DNA of 64,000 nt from Candidatus Eiseniibacteriota bacterium (GCA_963792585.1 CAWBWI010000006.1:864001-928000), one strand, 5' to 3'; numbered from the stretch's first letter, positions 39,021-49,702 are shown. The notes: generated from the sequence alone by a model not told the origin. Program-made: numbers and translations.

Positions 39021-41086
39021 CAGAACTCGATCGTCGCCTGGGCTTCGCCGAAGTGAACGCCGAAGGCCCCGTCCGCCGTCACCGTCGCGCTCGGCGTTCC
39101 CGGCAGCAGGTTCACGTTCCCGTGATAGAAGCCGGGACGCCCCGCGATTTCCTCCATCGAGATGGGCACACCGTCCGTCACGACCCGCAGCTCATCGAGA
39201 TGTCCCTCAGCAGTTACGAAGACCTGGAAGGAACGTGCCCGTCCGGGATTGCGGATCAGGCTCAGGTTCAGGACAGGCGCCGGCCGCGCCGTCACTGCGA
39301 TCGAGCCGGAAACGCCCGTCACGCGGAGGCTCGTGCCGATTGGATTGCGAAGCGACAGCCCTCCCAGCGTCAGTGTTGTCGACGCCCCCGAGTCGGCCAA
39401 GGCGCCGAACCGGAGGCTCGCAATCGTCCCTGTTCCCGGAGCAAGCGACGTACCGCTGGGGGCGCCGAGGGTCAGCATGAGCGTTCCGCTCTGCGGAACG
39501 GTCGCCGTGCAGTTGAGGCCGCTCCCCCGCCCCGCATGCTCCGCCCCGAGAAATCCCACAACGGTGGGATCGAATGCGATCTCCGTCTTGAGACTCCTGA
39601 TGTCGTTGTCATTGTCCAGCGTGAGCGGAATCTCGATCTCCCCGGCGGCCGGGACCGTCACGTTGGGCAGACCGACGACATTCTGGCCATCCGGGTACCC
39701 AACGAGATCGAAGTTGCTCGTCGTCTTGGAGGACCAGTGCAGCCCGTCGAACGCCTCGACCTTCACCCTCGCCCGCGTCGAGGGCGTGTCGGGAATCACC
39801 CAACGGTATCCACCGATGTACGGCTGGTCCGTGGCGATGTCGATCCAAGTCGTCCCGGCATCGGTCGAGTATGCGAAATCGATCCGAAGGTCCATCGGTT
39901 CCGTATCGCCGTCGTGCACCGTGAAGAGGATGTCGTGCGGGGTACCGACCAGCCAGTCCTCTCCGGCGCGCGGAGAGCTCACATAGATCGTCGGAGCCTG
40001 CGACATGGCGAAGTCGGAGTCCGATACGTCCTCGCCGTGGTCCTGCCCGTCGGAGACGATCGCCCGCACCCGTCCATGCCTGGTGTTGTTGTGGGGGTTG
40101 GTCAACCACCAAAACTTGCCCGTATTCTCGCTCGGGGTCTGACCGATCGGATCCCACGTCTCCCCGCCGTCGCTCGAGAACTCGAAGCGCATCTCCAGGC
40201 CGGACGTCGGCGTGTCGGGGTCGGTCGCTGCGTATAGGATCGTTTCAACTTCGCCCGATCGGAGGATCTCCCCTCCATTGGGGCTCAAGACCTGGACCTG
40301 CGGCGGCTGCGTCAGGATCGTGAAGTCCGCGTCCGAATCATCATAGGTTTCGTTCTGGCCGTCTCCGACGATCACGCGCAGGCGGGCGCGGGTGGTCCGC
40401 GTGCTGGGCACCGTCCACCGGCAACTCCCCATGTTGTAACACCAGCTGTCGGCGTCCGACCACGATACGCCGGAATTCGTCGAGAGCAGGACCTTCGCAT
40501 AGAGGTGCGCATCGGGGGTGTCGGGATCGGTCACGTCGTAGGTGATCGACAGCACCAGACCCGACGGGTAGGTCTCTCCACCATTGGGGACGAGAAGCGT
40601 CACCGAAGGGGGCATCGACGGCGATCCATCCGGCCACTGGACGGAGAGGCGATATGGGGCATCCGCGTCGTGCGCGCCGCTGAAGCCGAAGACGAGGACG
40701 TAGAAGGTCCCTGTCCGGTAAGTGTCGATCGACAACTCCTCATCATCCAGCCCGGAACGGGTCGCCCGCCATCCCTCGAAGCTCTCGATCTCGCCCGTCA
40801 TCGGATTCTTCACGAATAGGATCAGGTCGTAGTCGGCGGGAAGATCGTGGAGCCGGATCTGAATCGTTCCCATGACGGCGACCACGAAGGTGAACCAGTC
40901 GGGGTCATCGGCGGTCGAGATCCACGACTCGACCTCGACGCCGTTTTCGAGGACCGTGGCCGTCGCGGCGGTATCGTTGGGCTCGAAGCTGTCCGCGCGT
41001 CCCGGAGCCGCCGCAAGCAATCCAGCGGCCAGGAGCAGCAAGACGGCCAGCGCTGCGCGTGGGCCGCGCCCGAGTCGATCCGTCAT
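39020..41086 (-). CDS. Secreted multidomain protein: PPC domain, three Ig-like (PNGGE) repeats and a cohesin-like domain
   Basis: DSFEPND...D.DWF.F...DYDL (PPC); three V..PNGGE...I.Y...D.DT......S..G..W repeats; V.LP.V....G.I.IP..L.N...I.FDP (cohesin-like). Confidence 0.75.
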   Translation of the reverse strand: MTDRLGRGPRAALAVLLLLAAGLLAAAPGRADSFEPNDTAATATVLENGVEVESWISTADDPDWFTFVVAVMGTIQIRLHDLPADYDLILFVKNPMTGEIESFEGWRATRSGLDDEELSIDTYRTGTFYVLVFGFSGAHDADAPYRLSVQWPDGSPSMPPSVTLLVPNGGETYPSGLVLSITYDVTDPDTPDAHLYAKVLLSTNSGVSWSDADSWCYNMGSCRWTVPSTRTTRARLRVIVGDGQNETYDDSDADFTILTQPPQVQVLSPNGGEILRSGEVETILYAATDPDTPTSGLEMRFEFSSDGGETWDPIGQTPSENTGKFWWLTNPHNNTRHGRVRAIVSDGQDHGEDVSDSDFAMSQAPTIYVSSPRAGEDWLVGTPHDILFTVHDGDTEPMDLRIDFAYSTDAGTTWIDIATDQPYIGGYRWVIPDTPSTRARVKVEAFDGLHWSSKTTSNFDLVGYPDGQNVVGLPNVTVPAAGEIEIPLTLDNDNDIRSLKTEIAFDPTVVGFLGAEHAGRGSGLNCTATVPQSGTLMLTLGAPSGTSLAPGTGTIASLRFGALADSGASTTLTLGGLSLRNPIGTSLRVTGVSGSIAVTARPAPVLNLSLIRNPGRARSFQVFVTAEGHLDELRVVTDGVPISMEEIAGRPGFYHGNVNLLPGTPSATVTADGAFGVHFGEAQATIEF

Positions 41087-41097
41087 TCCTCGAACTC

Positions 41098-44000
41098 TCA
41101 ATGGAGCACCAAGACCTTCCGGCTCACGGCATTCCCCGCCGTCTTGAGGCGGAGCAGGTAGACCCCCGAGGCGAGCGGTGCGCCCCTGCCGTCGCGCGCG
41201 TCCCACGCGATTGTGTGCGTCCCCGCCGTGAAGACACCTTCCTTCACGACCGAGACGATGCGTCCTCCCATATCGAGCAGCTCCAACCGGATCGCGCGCC
41301 CGCCGGCCGGGATCGAAAGGCGCAGGGCCGCGCGATCGCGCACCGGGTGGGGGCTCGGCATTTCCAATGCGAAGACCGCGCCCCCGATGCTCGCGCCGTC
41401 CCAGGATCCGAGGACGACCGACGTCGGCTCCGCGCCGCCCTCGTAGATCCGCAGGGTGTACGTTGCCATCTGCCCCTCGACCGGCGATGAGTCGATGTAC
41501 TCGCAGGCGCGACAGGCGGCCAGCCGCTCGGCCGTCAGCCTCTCCGTCCGCCCCCCGACCTCGCGATCGATGTCGAATCCCAGCACGGTCACATCCAGGG
41601 GAAGACTCCAGTAAAGCCGGACTCCGCCGGGGACCGCCTCGAGACCCGAGGCTTCGAGAAGAACCGGATATGGTTCGCACGCGAGCTCATAGCTCGGGAT
41701 GGTGTCCGGGCATGCCGGGGGAAGATCCTCGATGCGATACAGGCAGCTGTCGCAGGTGGTCGTCCGTGCGTCCCGGATGATATGGACCGACGGCCCATAC
41801 CAGTCTCGGATGTTGCACGCGAAGTGGGTGCTGTCCGCGAGGATCGCTGCGTATGGACCCGACGCGTCGATCCACGGACAGAACCCGCCGTCGCCGTCGT
41901 ACCGGAGCTCGATCTCCGGAACGCCCCAGACGAAGGCATTGCGCTCCATCCGGAAGTGTCCCGGACGCGGTTCGCGGAGGGGATTCGTCCGAAGGCAGGC
42001 TCGGAGACCCACGTTCACGAACACGTTTCCGATCAGGTCCATCGAACCGGCCAGGTGGACCATGTCGTCCATGTCGCACATGCTGCCGCCAACAAACGTG
42101 AAAGAATTTCCGACGACCTGGGCGGGACCATCGATGATCAAGCTGGGCTGGAAGGCCATGCAACATCCGTCGAAACGATTCTTCGTGACCTCGCCCCGCA
42201 CCGCGCCCGCGCCGTAGGAGTAGGGCTCCGCGTCATTGACCATGACGGCGTTCTTCCGGAACACCCCCTCGGCGACGACGCCCCCGGCCGTCGGCGCCCG
42301 ATTGTTCTCGATTCGGTTGCCCTCCACCCAGCACCGGCGGCAAAAGAGCCCCCCGGCGACCCCGCCGGTCTCCGGATCCGTCGACCAGATGTCCGCGTTC
42401 GGGGTCGAGTTCTCGACGCGGTTGTAGTGGATGTCGTTGTCGATGATTCTCGCGCCCGCCGTGGCGAAGATTCCCGCCCCCCGCGCCCCCGCGCCGCTCG
42501 CGGTGTTTGCCGCCACGGTGTTGTCGCGGATCATGGCCGGCGCCTCGCAGAGGATTCCCGCGCCCGGACCGCCGACCTGTCCGCCCGTAATCAGGAATCC
42601 ATCGATCTCGGTCAGGGGCCCTGCCTGCGGGAGCACATGGATGACCCGTTGATCGGGTTGCCCCGGCTTCAACCACGACGACGGCCAGGAGGCGACTCCG
42701 CGCAACCGCACCGGTCGATCGATGACGAGGCTCTCCTCGTAGGTTCCGGCGGCCACACGGATCTCGCTGCAGGGCGCCGCGGCGGCCAAGGCAGCTGCGA
42801 TGGTCGGCGCGTCCTCCGGCACGCGGATGACGGGAGGCGACCCCAGATAGAGCGCCGGCTGCACCGAACGCGTCTCCCCGTCCCACACAACCGCCACGAG
42901 ATCGTATGCGCCCTCGGGCGCCCCGCGCAGATCCGCCCGCACCCGCAGAGAATCCGTTCCCAAGACCTCGACAACTTCGATCGGTACGACGGGTGTGCCG
43001 TCTCCCGAATGCTCCAGCCTGAGCTGGAGGCCCTCCCACAGGTCGCGGCCCGTGATCGTTCCCTCGTATAGGGTCGGGGCAGGCACCCAACCGTCGAAGA
43101 ACCCCCATATCTCCACGGGACCCACCTCGATGTCGGCAGCGGGTATCTCCCCTGCGGTCGCTGTCCGCAGAACGAGCGCCCAGATTCCGCGCGCTTGCCC
43201 CACCAGGTCGAATCCCAGCGTCACCCACGGACCCTCGATCGTCAGGATCTTGCTCGGGATTCGTTCGCCGTGCGGACCGTCGAGCCGCGCATCGAGGACT
43301 TCCTCCAGACCGTAGCCATACACGCGAACCCGCTCGTCGATCGCGGGCTGCAGGGTGTGGGGAGTCACCCCAACGGTCATCGGGCCCGTGCAACCAACCG
43401 GCAGGCTTCCGATCCGGCCGCAGTTGTTCCAGTCGCTCCAGAGCGGCGAGGATTCGTGGACCGACGTTTCGTCGTTCGGGCAGATTCGCGGATCGACCTG
43501 TACCTCAACGTCCATGCCCCGCGTCGCCGGCGGATCCTCGATCTGCGGAGATTGAAGGTCATGGTAGATGTTGCAGCCGAAGACCGACCGGTCGGGCGCC
43601 TCGACAAAGGTTCCGAACGAGGGACCCTTGTCGAAGAAGAGACAGTTCTGAACCTCGACCAGCTCGTTGCTCACGATTGCGGCCGTCGCGCGCGCCCGAT
43701 TCGATAGGAAGGAGCAATTCCGGAACTGGAAGCGGATCGCCGCCATCTCGCCGGAAAACGTGGCCGCGGCGGGGCGCGATCCTCCCCAGTCACCGTCGAT
43801 GGCGACCGCTCCGCCCCATCCCGCGTTCGGGTTGTCCGCCGCGTTACGGATGAAGAGACAGTCGACGAAACTCCCGGCCGCCTCGCCGCTGTATCCGACC
43901 GCCCCGCCGCGGGCGTGGTCGTAGTCGACGCTCGTGACGTGGTTGTCCCTGAAGACGCAGCGCACGGCATCGAACGTGCCGTTGGTGCAGAGGACGGCCC

Positions 44001-44355
44001 CCCCGATCGCCTCGGCGCGTCCACGTTCGAATGTCAGTCCCTCGACGAGTAGGGTGCTGTTCTCCAGCTCCAGCATCCGCCGGGCGTCACCGCCGCTCAC
44101 AAACGTAGAGTCGGCGCCTTCGCTGCCGCGGATGGTCAGCGGAACGAACGGCCGAAGTTCCTCCGAGTAGGTCCCCGGATGGACTTCGATCGTGTCCTCG
44201 GCCGCCGCGGCGGAGATCGCTGACCGGATCGTGAAGAAGGGACCGGCCTCTTGGTCGACGACGAGCGTTGCCGCAATGACGGGAGAGGCGGCGAGTCCGA
44301 GCATGAGGAGGCATGAGATGACGGTGGCGATCAGAACGAGGGTCGGGTCGTTCAT
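41098..44355 (-). CDS. Secreted right-handed beta-helix (pectin-lyase-like) protein with two helix modules and FlgD/T9SS-like C-terminal domain
   Basis: Two TI..A..AA...D.I.V..GTY.E modules with GGA(V/I) / N.A repeats; C-terminal P.P...LELLD.GGR.V..V..G....G.H...WD.RD.RG..LASGVY.LRL...RKVLVL. Confidence 0.8.
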   Translation of the reverse strand: MNDPTLVLIATVISCLLMLGLAASPVIAATLVVDQEAGPFFTIRSAISAAAAEDTIEVHPGTYSEELRPFVPLTIRGSEGADSTFVSGGDARRMLELENSTLLVEGLTFERGRAEAIGGAVLCTNGTFDAVRCVFRDNHVTSVDYDHARGGAVGYSGEAAGSFVDCLFIRNAADNPNAGWGGAVAIDGDWGGSRPAAATFSGEMAAIRFQFRNCSFLSNRARATAAIVSNELVEVQNCLFFDKGPSFGTFVEAPDRSVFGCNIYHDLQSPQIEDPPATRGMDVEVQVDPRICPNDETSVHESSPLWSDWNNCGRIGSLPVGCTGPMTVGVTPHTLQPAIDERVRVYGYGLEEVLDARLDGPHGERIPSKILTIEGPWVTLGFDLVGQARGIWALVLRTATAGEIPAADIEVGPVEIWGFFDGWVPAPTLYEGTITGRDLWEGLQLRLEHSGDGTPVVPIEVVEVLGTDSLRVRADLRGAPEGAYDLVAVVWDGETRSVQPALYLGSPPVIRVPEDAPTIAAALAAAAPCSEIRVAAGTYEESLVIDRPVRLRGVASWPSSWLKPGQPDQRVIHVLPQAGPLTEIDGFLITGGQVGGPGAGILCEAPAMIRDNTVAANTASGAGARGAGIFATAGARIIDNDIHYNRVENSTPNADIWSTDPETGGVAGGLFCRRCWVEGNRIENNRAPTAGGVVAEGVFRKNAVMVNDAEPYSYGAGAVRGEVTKNRFDGCCMAFQPSLIIDGPAQVVGNSFTFVGGSMCDMDDMVHLAGSMDLIGNVFVNVGLRACLRTNPLREPRPGHFRMERNAFVWGVPEIELRYDGDGGFCPWIDASGPYAAILADSTHFACNIRDWYGPSVHIIRDARTTTCDSCLYRIEDLPPACPDTIPSYELACEPYPVLLEASGLEAVPGGVRLYWSLPLDVTVLGFDIDREVGGRTERLTAERLAACRACEYIDSSPVEGQMATYTLRIYEGGAEPTSVVLGSWDGASIGGAVFALEMPSPHPVRDRAALRLSIPAGGRAIRLELLDMGGRIVSVVKEGVFTAGTHTIAWDARDGRGAPLASGVYLLRLKTAGNAVSRKVLVLH

Positions 44356-44661
44356 GGGTATAGGGCCGCTCCCCCGTCGACCAGGGTGACGGGGAGAGAT
44401 TCGCTCGCCAGTCGCGGCCGCCACGTGTGTGCTGGAAACGTTGTAGGCGAGACGCGAGGCGGCCCTGCGTCCGTTCGCCATGGACCCTCCGATTCGGGCA
44501 ACGCAATTGTAGGACGACAGGGGGGCCCGGTGCAATGGAGCATCTACGAGGCGTCGCCCCCAGGACCACGGACCTCAGGGCCGGCTCATGGGTTCTGTAT
44601 CCTGATCCCCGCTCCCGGATGGGAGCGAACGCCCCCGGATCCGATCCCGAGATTAGGAACG

Positions 44662-45108
44662 ATGCTTCCCTTCAGGCAGGTCGCTCGGGTGATTGTCATC
44701 GATTCCACGGGCTTCATCTTGCTCCGTAGGTACTCCGAAACCAGGGGGTGCCAAGGGATTTCCTTCTGGGTCCCGCCGGGAGGCGCTCTCGAGCCGGGGG
44801 AAAACCATCCCACGGTCGCCCTCCGCGAACTTCGGGAAGGGACCAGCCTGGAGGCGCATCTGGAGCGTCCGCTATGGGAGCGGCGCTTCACGCTGCAGAT
44901 GCAGTGCGGGCCTGTGGACCAAGTCGAGCGCTACTTTCCGGCGCGGTTGCCGCTGGAGAAACCGCCGGTTCTCAACTCGTCCGAGGAGGCGTGCCACCGG
45001 CTATTTACAGTGCCTCGGATCCGCGGTTACTCTCCGTACCAGGCGCCGCGACTTGCGCCGCGTACTTCGCAAATGAACCAGGGGAAGGCGTTCGCCCATG
45101 CAGAATGA
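44662..45108 (+). pseudogene. Degenerate NUDIX hydrolase
   Basis: ARVIVID..G.ILL...FW.PPGG.LEPGE....ALRELREGTSL (Nudix box EExG eroded to EGTS). The 3' part loses family resemblance. Confidence 0.5.
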
Positions 45109-45475
45109 GCCCGACACACACAACACCCCCGGCGCATGGCCGGCGCATCTCGACGCCACATCGGCGGCCCCTGAGAACCATGTGGTCCTCCTGGAGAACG
45201 AGCATGTTCGGGTACTCGACACGCGCATAGGCCCGGGCGAACGCACGCCTGTGCACACACATCCTTGGCCGAGCGTTCTCTACATCTTGTCCTGGAGCGA
45301 CTTCGTTCGCTACGACTCCGATGGAAACGTACTGCTCGACTCGCGGACCTTCCCGACAAGACCCGTGCCGAGGACAACCCTGTGGTCGGCCCCATTGGGA
45401 CCGCATTCCGCGAAGAACGTCGGTAGCCAGGTCCTGCACGTGATCGCAGTCGAAGTGAAGGGCTCGCATACCTAA
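45098..45475 (+). CDS. Cupin domain protein
   Basis: LDA..AAP.NH.VLLENE.VRVLD..I.PGE.TP.HTH.WP, PH...NVG. Confidence 0.85.
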   Translation: MQNEPDTHNTPGAWPAHLDATSAAPENHVVLLENEHVRVLDTRIGPGERTPVHTHPWPSVLYILSWSDFVRYDSDGNVLLDSRTFPTRPVPRTTLWSAPLGPHSAKNVGSQVLHVIAVEVKGSHT

Positions 45476-45514
45476 TCGCGAGGTCTTCCTCTTGAACCAG
45501 CCCCGGAGAGAGAC

Positions 45515-45961
45515 ATGACCCACATCGTCGTCGTGGAACGAGAAATGACGGAAACGGAGTTCGCTCGCGAAACCGCCGGATTCGAGGAGCACGCAGCCGA
45601 ACACGGGAATCCCCCGGATCGCTCGGAACGGTTCGGTTTCGTAGCGCTGGATGGGGAGACGTTCGTCGGTTGTTCCAGTGGCCTTGCGTATAGGACGGCT
45701 ACCGGGTATGGAGACTGGTTCTACCTGACCGATCTATACGTTGAAGAGGCGTTCCGCGGACGGGATATCGGCGCCGAGCTACTTCGACGATTGGAGCGGA
45801 GAGCGTTCTCCCTCGGCATAGGCAATATCTGGACCTGGACCGCCGGTTATGAAGCGCCCGGCTTCTACAAGAAGCAGGGATACGAGGTCTTCGTCGAGAT
45901 GGACAACTGGTATACGAGCGGGCATAGCCGGGTCGGCCTAAGAAAGGCGCTCCTCCGATGA
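45515..45961 (+). CDS. GNAT N-acetyltransferase
   Basis: LYV...FRG..IG..LL...E, APGFY.KQGY. Confidence 0.9.
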   Translation: MTHIVVVEREMTETEFARETAGFEEHAAEHGNPPDRSERFGFVALDGETFVGCSSGLAYRTATGYGDWFYLTDLYVEEAFRGRDIGAELLRRLERRAFSLGIGNIWTWTAGYEAPGFYKKQGYEVFVEMDNWYTSGHSRVGLRKALLR

Positions 45962-46112
45962 CCCTAGGGCTGGGCGAGGGTTGGGGTGCCATGTCCGGAT
46001 CCGAAGATATCGCCGAGGAGTCTTGGAGCCTGCCCCACAAGCCGGCTGAAGAAGCGCGGCCAAGACCGTTCGGTCCACGGTCAGGTGGTCAGCCCGTCAA
46101 CTTGGAGGGAAC

Positions 46113-46898
46113 GTGTCCGAAACCCCGATCCGATTCGATTCCGCCGCCGTACGGGAGTCCTGGGACTTCGCCGCCGACGCCTACGCGGGAGGCCAGGCCG
46201 CGGGAACCGACTCCTACCGCTATGAATTCTTCGGCCCCGCCCAGGTGGAGTTGTGTGGCGAGGTCGACGGGAAGCGGCTCCTCGACGTCGGTTGCGGGAA
46301 CGGCTACTTCTCGCGTGAGATGGCGCGGTGCGGGGCCAGGGTGACCGGCATCGACATCTCGCCGCGGATGATCGAGCACGCCCGACGGATCGAGACGGCC
46401 GCGCCGCTCGGGATCGACTACCAGGTCTTGGACGCAGCAGAAATCTCGACTCGCTTCCCGGCCGGCTCATTCGACATGGCGACCTCGTGCGTCGCCCTGC
46501 AGGACATGCCGGAGATTCCGACCGTGCTTCGAGGAATTCGTGAGAGCCTGCGACCAGGCGGCCGGTTCATCGTGTCGATCACCCACCCTTGCACCGACAC
46601 GCCCTACCGAGCCTGGGAGCGCGACGACGCGGGCCGGAAACAGTGGCTGCGGATCGACCGCTACTACGAACGTGGGCCGCTCGATTTCACCTGGCGGGGC
46701 TGGCCGTACGAGTTCACGACGCCGTCGTGGCACGCCCCCCTGGAGGACTGGTTCGAGTGGATCCTCGCTGCGGGCTTCCAGCTACGGGGCCTCTACGAGC
46801 CGATCCCCAGCGCGGAGGCGCTCGCGGCCCGCCCCGACCTCCAGGACGCCACTCGCGTGCCCTACTTCCTCTTCTTCGACCTGATCCGGCCTCTTTGA
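46113..46898 (+). CDS. Class I SAM-dependent methyltransferase
   Basis: LLDVGCG.G, GIDIS..MI, LRPGG.F..SI.HP. Confidence 0.9.
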   Translation: MSETPIRFDSAAVRESWDFAADAYAGGQAAGTDSYRYEFFGPAQVELCGEVDGKRLLDVGCGNGYFSREMARCGARVTGIDISPRMIEHARRIETAAPLGIDYQVLDAAEISTRFPAGSFDMATSCVALQDMPEIPTVLRGIRESLRPGGRFIVSITHPCTDTPYRAWERDDAGRKQWLRIDRYYERGPLDFTWRGWPYEFTTPSWHAPLEDWFEWILAAGFQLRGLYEPIPSAEALAARPDLQDATRVPYFLFFDLIRPL

Positions 46899-47068
46899 GG
46901 TCGCAATTTCAGCGATTGTCCGCTGTAGACTTGTGGGTTTCCGAATGGCCGCCTTGCGCGCGTGATGCCAAACGGCTTCCGGTGCGGAACACCAGGCCCG
47001 AGCGTCCCCGGACTTCGTGGCCGCAACCGCCCGGCGCGCCGTCGCACTTCTAAGATGGGAGAACGGCC

Positions 47069-48304
47069 ATGAAGACCACTTTGCGGATGATCGGCATTCC
47101 TATCGGGATCCTCTTGGCGTCGATGCTGGCCGGAGCGGCATGCGCCCACGCAGATCCCGTGATCGACGCGAACTCGAGAGCCTGTGAGATCATCTCCAAG
47201 GTTCCGTTGACTCCGATCGCGGTGCGGGCGATGGCCATCGTCCAGGTTTCGGTCTTCGAGGCGGTCAACGCGATCACCGGAAGATATCCGCCGTACCCCG
47301 TCAAAATCGATGCCGCGCCCGGCGCTTCCGTGGAGGCAGCCGTTGCGGCGGCAACCCATGAGGTTCTGCTGAAACTGGTGCCGGCTCAGGAGGCGGCGAT
47401 CGAGGCGGACTACCAGTCCGCCATCGCAAGGCTGCCCGCCGGTCCCGCGACGACAGACGGAATCGCCGACGGCAACAGGGCCGCCGCGGCCGTCCTCGCG
47501 CTCCGGGCCGACGACGGCATGGTCGTTCCCGATGAGTACCGACCGCATGCGTCGGCGGGCGTCTACGTGCCGACGACCCTTCCGGCCGTGCCGCACTGGG
47601 GCAAGCGCAAGCCTTGGGTGATGATCGGCAGCGACCAGTTCCGGCCGGGCCCCCCGCCCAACCTGACCAGCGAGACATGGACCCGCGACTACAACGAGAT
47701 CAAGGCGATTGGCGCGAAGACCAGCGCCCGGCGCACTCCCGAACAGACCGCGATCGCCCGATTCTGGGAAACGACGTCCCCCTCGGTCTACTGGCCCATC
47801 GTGCGCTGCGTCGCGGCCGCGCCGGGCCGCTCAGTGACCGAGAACGCGCGGCTGTTCGCGGTGAGCGGGATGGCGATGGATGACGCGTTGATCGCAGTTT
47901 TCGACGCCAAGTATGCCTACGGCTTCTGGCGCCCGATCACCGCCATCCGCAACGGCGATCGCGATGGCAACGAAGCTACAGAGCGCGATCCGGGCTGGAC
48001 GCCGTTCATCGACACACCCATGCACCCCGAGTATCCATGTGCCCACTGCATTGTATCGGCCGCCACCGGCGCCGTGCTCGAAGCGGAGATCGGCGGGAAT
48101 CCGGCGCCGGCGCTGAGCACAACGAGCCCTGCCGCGGCGGGAGCGGCGCGCACATGGACCAGCGTCGACGATTTCGTTCGGGAAGTCGCGGAGGGGCGCA
48201 TCTACGACGGGGTGCACTTCCGCAACTCGACCGAGATCGGTGCGGCAATGGGAGAGAAGATCGGAGCACTCGCGGTGAAGAGCTTCCCCAGGCCGATTCG
48301 ATGA
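47069..48304 (+). CDS. Secreted vanadium-dependent haloperoxidase / PAP2-fold phosphoesterase
   Basis: Signal peptide; K Y.Y.FWRP, HPEYPCAH, RIY.GVHF active-site motifs. Confidence 0.85.
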   Translation: MKTTLRMIGIPIGILLASMLAGAACAHADPVIDANSRACEIISKVPLTPIAVRAMAIVQVSVFEAVNAITGRYPPYPVKIDAAPGASVEAAVAAATHEVLLKLVPAQEAAIEADYQSAIARLPAGPATTDGIADGNRAAAAVLALRADDGMVVPDEYRPHASAGVYVPTTLPAVPHWGKRKPWVMIGSDQFRPGPPPNLTSETWTRDYNEIKAIGAKTSARRTPEQTAIARFWETTSPSVYWPIVRCVAAAPGRSVTENARLFAVSGMAMDDALIAVFDAKYAYGFWRPITAIRNGDRDGNEATERDPGWTPFIDTPMHPEYPCAHCIVSAATGAVLEAEIGGNPAPALSTTSPAAAGAARTWTSVDDFVREVAEGRIYDGVHFRNSTEIGAAMGEKIGALAVKSFPRPIR

Positions 48305-49140
48305 CGGAATTCAGTCCGCAGAACTCGCACGTAGATGGACGCCCAAAGGACGCGTGGGCCCTTGGCGCGGCGTACGAACCGTACATCGGTCGATGGAGTC
48401 GACGGGTCGCGCGGGATTTCGTGCAATGGCTGGGCGTGCCCCCAGGCAGACGCTGGATCGATGTCGGTTGCGGGACCGGAGCGCTCACAGAGACGGTCCT
48501 GGCTGTGGCGTCACCGGCTTTCGTGGAGGGCGTCGATCCATCGACATTCTATGCGGAGTACGCGCGGGCTCACATCGACGCCAGCCATGTTCGATTCCTG
48601 GTTGGCGACGCGCAGCGGCTGCCGCAGGCGACCGACAGCGTGGATGCGGCCGTCGCGGGACTCGTCCTCAACTTCGTCCCGGACCCGGCATCGGCCGTCG
48701 GGGAGATGGCACGCGTCGTGCGCCCCGGCGGGACAGTAGCGGCATATGTTTGGGACTATGCGGACCGCATGGAACTCATCCGGCGCTTCTGGGACGCGGC
48801 GATCGCGCTCGATCCGGAAGCCGTGGTGGAGGACGAGGGCAGGCGGTTCCCCATCTGTAGCCCGGACATCATCGGGGCGGTCTTTCGCGAAGCCGGTCTC
48901 AGTGGAGTGGAAGTGCGCGCGATCGACGTGCCCACGGTCTTCAAGAACTTCGACGACTATTGGGCTCCGTTTCTCGGTGGACAGGGTCCGGCCCCGAGCT
49001 ACGCCATGAGACTGCGCGAGGACCAACGATCGCGGCTGCGGGAGACCCTTCGCAGCGCTCTTCCCATCGGCAGCGACGGCTCGATCGCGCTCACGGCGCG
49101 CGCGTGGGCCGTCCGCGGCGCAACCCAAACGGGAGGATAG
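48301..49140 (+). CDS. Class I SAM-dependent methyltransferase
   Basis: YE.YIGRWSR, WIDVGCGTG, GDA..LP, LVLNFVPD, RPGG.VAAYVWD. Confidence 0.9.
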   Translation: MTEFSPQNSHVDGRPKDAWALGAAYEPYIGRWSRRVARDFVQWLGVPPGRRWIDVGCGTGALTETVLAVASPAFVEGVDPSTFYAEYARAHIDASHVRFLVGDAQRLPQATDSVDAAVAGLVLNFVPDPASAVGEMARVVRPGGTVAAYVWDYADRMELIRRFWDAAIALDPEAVVEDEGRRFPICSPDIIGAVFREAGLSGVEVRAIDVPTVFKNFDDYWAPFLGGQGPAPSYAMRLREDQRSRLRETLRSALPIGSDGSIALTARAWAVRGATQTGG

Positions 49141-49144
49141 TTCA

Positions 49145-49702
49145 ATAAGGGCTCCTTCGAAAACGCCTGCTGCCTATTCCCCGGCGAAGCAACTGGCGTC
49201 TTTCGTCGCCGCGTACGACCCCGCGATCGCGAAGCTCGCGCGCGCAACCCGCGCCGCGCTTCGAAAGCGTCTCCCCACCGCCATTGAGTTGGTCTACGAC
49301 AACTACCAGTTCCTGGCGATCGGTTTCGGCGCGACGGAGCGGGCATCCGACTGCGTCGTGTCGCTGGCCGTGTCGCCGAAAGGGGTTGCGCTCTCCTTCT
49401 ATTACGGAGCGACCCTGCCGGACCCCGACACGGTCCTTCTCGGCGAGGGCAAACAGAATCGCTTCGTGCGTCTCGAATCCGCAGCGACCCTGGCCGACGC
49501 CGGTAGCACCATCGGCCCGGAGAGAACGGCGGGGAGCTCCTCCCACCCCCACCCGTGCCCGCTCGCGTCCCCGCGGACATGCTCTGCTGCCGGCGCGACC
49601 ATGCGGTATTGTCTCCCCAATGACCGGAAAGGCAGTCCGGAGCGCGACTGCGAGCATCCACCGGCAAATGTCCGCCGCGAAACGAATGGAGACGACGGAT
49701 GA
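49145..49702 (+). pseudogene. DUF1801-like gene with ATA at the expected start and an aberrant 3' end
   Basis: Family-like sequence (QLASF...YDP.IA...R..LRK..P.A.ELVYDNY...LPDP...L.G.G...R.V.L) extends upstream of the first usable start. GGAGG lies 8 nt before an in-frame ATA at 49145. After ESAATLAD the sequence looks non-homologous. Confidence 0.5.
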
